From NCBI GenBank assembly GCA_045568995.1, contig JBJKZY010000044.1:1688-65687 (forward strand): DNA of 64,000 nt, in the 5' to 3' direction. The notes under the pieces are model-generated. The model saw nothing but the letters and a program-made list of their open reading frames with translations, did no database searches and had not been told where the DNA came from. The position numbers and the translations under genes were made by a program. Origin of the DNA: Fidelibacterota bacterium (GTDB lineage Bacteria; Fidelibacterota; Marinisomatia; Marinisomatales; UBA1611). Below, piece by piece: positions 58,112-64,000 of this stretch. The stretch's first letter is position 1. Each line of letters starts with the position of its first letter.

Positions 58112-58714
58112 TTAATCACAGGGTATTACTTTACCATTAAAACTCCAGCAACTCTCTTGAATCATTTTACCATTATCAAGAATCATTACTTTCTTTTTTT
58201 GATTATTTTTATGCCAAAATTTCTGACTAAATGTTTTATAATTTTTTAGATTCCAAATAAGCTCTTTTTCTATTTGACCATTTTTATCCCATGTGACTTC
58301 TTTAATTAATTTATGTTTGCTCCATTCTTCATCTCTCATTATTTGTCCGTTTTTATACCAATGAATAATTTGCCCATCTCCTGTATTCGTATTTATTTCT
58401 TTTTGAAAAGTTTTTATACCATTTTTAGAAAAATATGTTAAAAAGCCATCGAGTTTTAATCCGTTTTCCCAGACTTCTTCTTTTGATTTTCTTCCATTCG
58501 CATACCAAGCAGACCAGACCCCAGATTTTTTACCATTCTCTATTTTCCCCATATAATACTTAGCATCACCTATTTTTTTATATACCCTACCATCGGTAAT
58601 TGTATTATTTAAGAGATGATACCAGTTTCCGTTTTTTTCTATTATATCTTTAATATTATATTTATTCTGTGAAAATAAAGTTGTAAGGCAGACTGATAAT
58701 ATAAATAAGATCAA
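58112..58714 (-). CDS. exported MORN-variant (YwqK-like) repeat protein
   Basis: 200 aa with a signal peptide and repeated G.W..WY.NG / W..NG units. Confidence 0.7.
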   Translation of the reverse strand: MILFILSVCLTTLFSQNKYNIKDIIEKNGNWYHLLNNTITDGRVYKKIGDAKYYMGKIENGKKSGVWSAWYANGRKSKEEVWENGLKLDGFLTYFSKNGIKTFQKEINTNTGDGQIIHWYKNGQIMRDEEWSKHKLIKEVTWDKNGQIEKELIWNLKNYKTFSQKFWHKNNQKKKVMILDNGKMIQESCWSFNGKVIPCD

Positions 58715-58758
58715 ATTTTAAATAACAACTTATGTTAATGCTTCTTGTAAATCGAAAA

Positions 58759-60303
58759 TTAGTCTGATAAGTCAAGCACCTTCACTGCCCATTTTTCTCC
58801 ATTCCTCATTGTCATAACTCCACCTCCCGTACGTTTTCCATTAATCCAATTTCCTTCGTAGATATTTCCTGATTTCCAAGTAAAAATTCCTTTACCATAT
58901 TTTTCACCATTTTTCCATTCACCCTTATATACATCCCCATTATTATAGTAATATATCCCATCTCCATTAAATTCATCTAAAGACCATCCTCCTTCATACT
59001 TAGAACCGTCATTCCAGACCATTGTACCGTATCCATGTTTTTTCCCATCCAACCAATTACCTTTGTAAGATCCTATTTCTTCCCAAGTATAATGACCAAA
59101 GCCATTGATATCTCCATATCTCCATTTACCGACAAATTTGTTACCATTTTCAAATGATAAAGTAGTATCTATTATGGTATTATTATTCTTTTTTCTTATA
59201 GGAATCGCTGGATTCCCATGGATATCTATTATTGGTGTATGAGAAAATTTTATTTCACCTTCAGGATTTGAATCTTGCATTGAATGTCCTATGGACCAAA
59301 TAAAACCTTCTTTATTCTCAGCTTTTGTTTCTTTGCCGTAAATAGTAAAAGTGGGCTCTTGTATTTTTTCATCGGCTTGAAAACGTATTGTTATTTCATC
59401 ACCTACTTTTGCTTTAGAAGGATATCCATTACTTGACTCTATTGTCATTCTTGATATGATTGGAAAAGTTTGGTCAATAATAATTTTATTTTTACTTTCA
59501 GCACTTTCTTTATCATTTCCTGAAATATCTTTAATTATAGATTTAATATCTATATACTCACCTTCTTTAAAACCTGTGATTGATTCAATGATTATTTCTC
59601 TTATAGTAATGGACTTATCTTTTCCTAGATCATCCGGAAGGATTGCAATTTGTTCGCTAATTATTTCCCATTTATTAGCACCAATTTTTGCCCATATTTC
59701 TAATTCGCCATTAATCAATGTAGTATCATTTATATCGATTGGTACATTAATTATTAAATGAGTATTTGTAGAATTCCAACTGTTTTGCACAATATTGCCA
59801 CCATCTGATATAATAGATCCAATAGTGAAATCTGAAGGAGATGTTTTATCAAAAATAATTTTACTACGATCAGTTGTAGATTTCACTATTTCTCCTTGAT
59901 TACCAGAAGAATCTGAAAAACTAATTTCAAATTTTACTATTCCATCATTATCAGAATTTTTAAAAAAATAGTTTGCGTAAAATTGCCTTTCTGTTAAATC
60001 TATATAATTTACAGACTGTCCATTAATTAATATCTCTTTTGAAACAATTCCTTCTGATGCTGTAGCTTTAATTATTAATTCATCACCAATTGAAGCATGG
60101 TTAGATTTTTTATTATTTGTTCTTAATTCAACCACTTCTAGTGTTGGAATTGTTTTATCTAGTAGAACTTTACTACCATCATTGGTATTTGAAACTATCG
60201 TCTTAGGTCCGTAAGGATCTTCCCTGTTAAACTGTTCTGCTCCATTGACCAAAGAACATAAAGCTAAAAAAGCAATACTGTTATATATAATGTAGTTTTT
60301 CAC
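58759..60303 (-). CDS. exported protein with Ig-like repeats and C-terminal canonical MORN repeats
   Basis: 514 aa with a signal peptide and about three beta-sandwich modules bounded by DKT.P-type junctions. The C-terminal ~110 aa reads YKGNWLDGKKHGYGTMVWNDGSKYEGGWSLDEFNGDGIYYYNNGDVYKGEWKNGEKYGKGIFTWKSGNIYEGNWINGKRTGGG. Confidence 0.65.
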   Translation of the reverse strand: MKNYIIYNSIAFLALCSLVNGAEQFNREDPYGPKTIVSNTNDGSKVLLDKTIPTLEVVELRTNNKKSNHASIGDELIIKATASEGIVSKEILINGQSVNYIDLTERQFYANYFFKNSDNDGIVKFEISFSDSSGNQGEIVKSTTDRSKIIFDKTSPSDFTIGSIISDGGNIVQNSWNSTNTHLIINVPIDINDTTLINGELEIWAKIGANKWEIISEQIAILPDDLGKDKSITIREIIIESITGFKEGEYIDIKSIIKDISGNDKESAESKNKIIIDQTFPIISRMTIESSNGYPSKAKVGDEITIRFQADEKIQEPTFTIYGKETKAENKEGFIWSIGHSMQDSNPEGEIKFSHTPIIDIHGNPAIPIRKKNNNTIIDTTLSFENGNKFVGKWRYGDINGFGHYTWEEIGSYKGNWLDGKKHGYGTMVWNDGSKYEGGWSLDEFNGDGIYYYNNGDVYKGEWKNGEKYGKGIFTWKSGNIYEGNWINGKRTGGGVMTMRNGEKWAVKVLDLSD

Positions 60304-60439
60304 AATTACTCTAATTTACAAAAGAAATTTTTATTGTCTATAGAATCTCGGAAAAATTATTGAATTAGAAAATCCTCATTTGTTATTTAGAAAGCTAATA
60401 TTAATGTAATGGTAATTGAATAATGTTGTTTTCTTATAA

Positions 60440-62413
60440 TTATTTTATTAAAAAATTTTTGACATTTTCAATATCATATAAGATGAAATTTTTGTTTTTC
60501 CATATACTAGGCATGTTATCAAATTGACCTACTTGGTCATAAGTAGTAAGTAAATGAGTTAAGGAGTATTTTTCGCTTAAATTAAAAAACTCACTTAGTG
60601 AAAGAAATTCAAAATTACTACAGTAATTATTCCTTTTTTCCCACTCTAAAAGTACAGACTCATTAAAGGGAAAAGAAAAATCAGAAAATGTTGCCCTATG
60701 TCCAAAACATCTTATAGCAGAACTTAGTTGCATGCTCATAAAACCATCTTTCCCATTCACAAATACAATAGTATTCTTTTTAGTATTATTTTTTATAAAA
60801 GTACATAAAGATACAAGTGAAGTATTTTTCTCTGATCTTTTCCAACTTAAAAAATAGTTTTCTAACGGATTATGCTTAGTAAAGTTCCATATAGCAAAAA
60901 CTATTATAATCAATGTAATTATTGAAAAAGTTTTTCGTTGTAAAAATTTTAAAAAAGAGATCTTTGAAAATTTATAATTACGTACTGTTATTTTTTTATT
61001 ATCATGTCGTGATTTCATCTGGATAGATGTTTTAATTCTTTCAATATAAATAATTAAGCTATTGAAAAAGTTAGATTTTTTAAAAATAACCAAACAATTA
61101 ACAACAAAAATAAAAGAATTAAAAACGGAAAACCTATTTAAGCCAAGGGTAGCAATAATTTTAACTTTTAATATTTCAGTTCCCAGAAATTGGATAATTG
61201 GAGGAATGATAAAATATAGTAAAGATAAAAAACTAAGTTTGATCAAGAATTTATCTTTCATTTTCAAACATAAAAACAAATGCAAGAGATAACCAATAAA
61301 CCAAAAAAAAGCTGGCCATCCAATTATTTTAGAAATTTTATAATGAAAAGAATGGGTCGTTAAAGTATATATTTCAATAAATTTTTCAGGATCTAAATGG
61401 TTATGATTCCCATATATAAAAAAAAGTAATAATGATGGGAAAAATATTCCAAATATAAAATTATAAATAATTGTAGAGTTGATATATTCATCCCTGGATG
61501 ATAGATAATATATCATAAATAAAGAAAAAATGGCTAATCCATAGAGTGAATGTAGAAAAATGCAAAAGCTAAGTAAAATGGGGCAAAGTATATTTTTATA
61601 TTTAAAGTTTTTAAATATGCAGTAGATAAAAAATAAACCAAAAATTAAAGAAAGCTCATCTGGTTCTGCATTAAAATAAGGAGAACAGAAAGCGCTACTC
61701 CATCCCATTGGACTTCTATTATTTTGAATAAATTCAATAACTCTAAGCCAAATTAAAATAAAGGTTACAATTCGGAGAGAAATAATTTTTAGAAGATTAG
61801 AATTATCTTTAAAATGAAACTGGTTTAGGATGCTATTTATACAAATAAATAATAATGGTAAATAAATTATATTTAAAAATATATGAATTAAATAGATACC
61901 ATCATACCAATCCACTCCAAAGAAATATGGTATTTGTAGAATCCATGCTGTAAATATTTTTGGTGTATTTTGAACAGCATTTGTATAAAAATCATATTTT
62001 AGAATACCATCAAAAATATTATTTATTAGTATTGGATAGCTACTGTATGCTGTATCGCGAAAACAATTAAATTTATTCTGAAATCCATTGATTATAAATA
62101 CTGAAGATGAAAATAGAAATAACAAGAAAGCACCACATCTAAGACTTACATCATGAAATACTTTTAATGATGAATTTGATAAGTCATACTTTATCAAATT
62201 ATTTAAAATGATTTTGAAAGCAAATGAAGTAAGAAGCAGGTTGATAAAAAAAAGAAAAACGTCTGATCTTGTTATACCAAATAATTTATAAATTATAAAA
62301 GATGTATCTCCACCTAAACCAATAAATGGTGATAGGTATGTGATAGCTGATAAAGAAAGTAATATTGAATTAATCCAATTATAATATTTATTGAAAAAAA
62401 TTATAATAAACAT
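60440..62413 (-). CDS. uncharacterised large polytopic membrane protein with soluble C-terminal domain
   Basis: 657 aa with at least 12 TM in the first ~450 aa, one more TM (FSIITLIIIVFAIW), then a ~150-aa soluble tail. Extremely AT-rich. No family recognised. Confidence 0.5.
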   Translation of the reverse strand: MFIIIFFNKYYNWINSILLSLSAITYLSPFIGLGGDTSFIIYKLFGITRSDVFLFFINLLLTSFAFKIILNNLIKYDLSNSSLKVFHDVSLRCGAFLLFLFSSSVFIINGFQNKFNCFRDTAYSSYPILINNIFDGILKYDFYTNAVQNTPKIFTAWILQIPYFFGVDWYDGIYLIHIFLNIIYLPLLFICINSILNQFHFKDNSNLLKIISLRIVTFILIWLRVIEFIQNNRSPMGWSSAFCSPYFNAEPDELSLIFGLFFIYCIFKNFKYKNILCPILLSFCIFLHSLYGLAIFSLFMIYYLSSRDEYINSTIIYNFIFGIFFPSLLLFFIYGNHNHLDPEKFIEIYTLTTHSFHYKISKIIGWPAFFWFIGYLLHLFLCLKMKDKFLIKLSFLSLLYFIIPPIIQFLGTEILKVKIIATLGLNRFSVFNSFIFVVNCLVIFKKSNFFNSLIIYIERIKTSIQMKSRHDNKKITVRNYKFSKISFLKFLQRKTFSIITLIIIVFAIWNFTKHNPLENYFLSWKRSEKNTSLVSLCTFIKNNTKKNTIVFVNGKDGFMSMQLSSAIRCFGHRATFSDFSFPFNESVLLEWEKRNNYCSNFEFLSLSEFFNLSEKYSLTHLLTTYDQVGQFDNMPSIWKNKNFILYDIENVKNFLIK

Positions 62414-62774
62414 CTATCCGCTATTTTATTCAGAGAAATAACCGTTAGATTTTCTTAACTATATCCAGATTCTAAGATACTAGTTAATTGTACCACATTG
62501 GTATTTTGAGCAAATAAGTACGTAATGTAATAAATAGATATACATAAAAAATTCTTCATTGTTTTTCCCATATTAGGTTTAATTATGATTAATAAATTTA
62601 ATAAATAAAAAAATACTACCATTTGATTGTGATTTTTGACAAATCAGGTTTAATAGAGTTTCTCTTTCGTATTCTTGTATTTAGGTTTAAAGACTTTAAA
62701 ACTATCACTTTTTTTACGTAGTTTAATTTTTCCATTAAAAAAAATTCCTACAAATAAAATGCGATATGATAATA

Positions 62775-64000
62775 TTATTTGATTAAATATGCATGCATTC
62801 CTTGACATTTATCAAGTAATTGAATCTCATAATTAGAGTTATCCCCAGTGTTTTTTATGAATTCTTTCCATTTATTATCCATTCTTAAAAATCTTGTGCC
62901 CAAAAATAAAATAATAGGATTTTGGTTAGATGTGTTCTTTTTCAATTTTTTTTCAATGTCATATTTTTTCGATTCATGAAGCATTGCCCAATGTTCTAGT
63001 TTAGGCAATGGCTCTATCCAAAATTCAGTGAAGTAAAAGAAATTATAATTTCGATATTGGGTTTTTATATTTGATATAAAACTTTTGATTTCAATTCTAT
63101 TTTGAACAATGTTTTGATGGATTATCCTATTCTTAATTCGATTAGTAATTGAAGAGGAATTAAAATAAAAATTTAAGAAAACAAATAAAGTAATTATCAT
63201 TCGAGATAATCTATTATGCTTAATTGAAAAAAAGAAAATAGGAGTTAAAGATATTAAAGGTAACCAATACCATTCCAAGTAGTTACCTGCTTGAGAAATT
63301 TGAATTGTTTGAAAAAAAAATGCAACTAGATAGCTAAAAATAAATTTTGTATTGGTTACTTTAATTTTTTTAAAAATTAAGGCTGCGCTTAATAATAACA
63401 ATAATAGTATATTAATGTGAATATTGAAAAAGCCGTCATTATGAACACCATCCCAAGTCAAATGATTTCGTAGGAAAAAAACATCGATTAAATCAAATTC
63501 AAATATTTTATTTTTTCCATGAATAAAGATATTATTTATAAAATCTAAAGGTTCTAATATGATTCTTGGTGTCGATATAATTATCCCTAAGCATGTGCAC
63601 AAAATAAAGTTCTTACATTCGAGTAAAATATTTTTATATTTTAATTTTGTTTTTTGATTAAGCAAGCCATATTGAAATGCAAATAAAGATATGGTTATTA
63701 TATTTAATTTTACGCCAATACCAATTCCAATAATAACAAAACCAACAGATTTCCATTTTTTATGTAATGTTAAATAGATTCCAAATAAACCAAGAAAAAT
63801 AGAAAATAGTTCAGGTCCTATTATCTTGCCAAAAAACCAGGATGATGGGAAAGAAATCCATAAAAGGATAGAATGAAGTATGAATTGTTTTTGTTTTAAT
63901 TTGTTACCAATTAGAAAAAAGAGAATCGGAATTGACAAGAGATACAAAAAAGATAAAAAACGAAGTCCCCTAAAACTATTATTGAAATCTCCAAATAGTT
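62775..64000 (-). CDS. uncharacterised polytopic membrane protein with soluble C-terminal domain; 5' end beyond the window
   Basis: The ORF track starts at TTG 63947, but the frame stays open to nt 64000 (LFGDFNNSFRGLRFLSF upstream). It has about 9 TM and then a ~110-aa soluble tail. Confidence 0.5.
   Translation of the reverse strand, partial: LFGDFNNSFRGLRFLSFLYLLSIPILFFLIGNKLKQKQFILHSILLWISFPSSWFFGKIIGPELFSIFLGLFGIYLTLHKKWKSVGFVIIGIGIGVKLNIITISLFAFQYGLLNQKTKLKYKNILLECKNFILCTCLGIIISTPRIILEPLDFINNIFIHGKNKIFEFDLIDVFFLRNHLTWDGVHNDGFFNIHINILLLLLLSAALIFKKIKVTNTKFIFSYLVAFFFQTIQISQAGNYLEWYWLPLISLTPIFFFSIKHNRLSRMIITLFVFLNFYFNSSSITNRIKNRIIHQNIVQNRIEIKSFISNIKTQYRNYNFFYFTEFWIEPLPKLEHWAMLHESKKYDIEKKLKKNTSNQNPIILFLGTRFLRMDNKWKEFIKNTGDNSNYEIQLLDKCQGMHAYLIK

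Noticed and set aside
546-61292. The many 60-150-aa ORFs in the track that lie inside or antisense to the called genes (for example 1241-1471, 1635-1874, 2162-2362, 5710-5922, 7411-7602, 7899-8168, 9145-9519, 10006-10455, 14170-14445, 16318-16524, 20015-20230, 21461-21652, 22169-22438, 22649-22843, 22868-23092, 23313-23531, 28298-28489, 34985-35269, 35705-35965, 36023-36238, 36422-36727, 37361-37621, 43637-43849, 47121-47345, 49052-49267, 49537-49833, 51954-52163, 55054-55239, 59456-59761, 61062-61292).
   Set aside because: Each overlaps a longer ORF that has clear family motifs or coherent membrane/signal features. Their translations are low-complexity with no recognisable motif. ORF 546-743 is the shadow of the lpxD N-terminus.
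62455-62571. A 38-codon minus-strand ORF (MGKTMKNFLCISIYYITYLFAQNT...) between the two large membrane-protein genes.
   Set aside because: It is short, has no SD and sits in a very AT-rich spacer. The signal-like start could be chance. It is worth a look only if transcript or peptide data exist.
1-64000. CRISPR arrays, IS elements, integrases, prophage genes, rRNA operons and an alternative genetic code.
   Set aside because: I saw no regularly spaced direct repeats and no transposase, integrase or phage motifs. I saw no rRNA-like sequence. All conserved genes read through cleanly with the standard code, apart from the homopolymer frameshifts.

Overview
Low-GC (roughly 30% by eye), very gene-dense window from a diderm bacterium. 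Many genes abut or overlap by 1-4 nt. A T9SS-type C-terminal sorting domain (YPNPFNP...), separate lpxC and fabZ genes and a streamlined marine look suggest an uncultivated FCB-group lineage such as Marinimicrobia/SAR406; this placement is inference only. I call about 66 protein genes, one tRNA(CAT) and three strong bidirectional intrinsic terminators. I see no rRNA, CRISPR array, transposase, integrase or phage gene. Layout: 0-12 kb holds envelope and isoprenoid housekeeping (skp-lpxD-lpxC-fabZ-lpxA, dxr-rseP, tsaC, a late lipid A acyltransferase, nfeD-floA). 12.7-19.6 kb is a gap-free minus-strand block with nucleoside uptake and salvage (cdd-udk-tdk-nupC-adk-coaE) plus a rhomboid and an M23 peptidase. 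22-30 kb holds yqeY-cvpA-dnaG followed by three exported PEGA / peptidoglycan-binding / coiled-coil proteins. 30-33 kb holds a TonB-dependent receptor and an SRAP protein. 34.5-39.7 kb is an operon of exported nuclease, phosphodiesterase and T9SS cargo next to the tRNA. 40-50 kb is mixed. 50.5-64 kb is an accessory-looking envelope island with methyltransferase, GT4, GT2, an orphan MotA/MotB stator pair, three large uncharacterised polytopic membrane proteins and three MORN-repeat proteins. Best candidates for undescribed biology: (i) the motAB-like stator co-directional with a 13-TM protein inside the glycan/MORN island; (ii) the PEGA / PG-binding / coiled-coil trio downstream of dnaG; (iii) a class-IV aminotransferase plus P-loop sulfotransferase-like gene pair that I recall being fused in plant BCAT-like proteins; (iv) a promoter-to-terminator orphan unit with a perfect Shine-Dalgarno sequence and a 15-codon ORF. 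Caveat: four genes (skp, lpxD, a methyltransferase, a GT4) are broken exactly at homopolymer runs, so sequence quality must be checked before any pseudogene or phase-variation claim. All family assignments come from motif recognition by eye; no database search was run.
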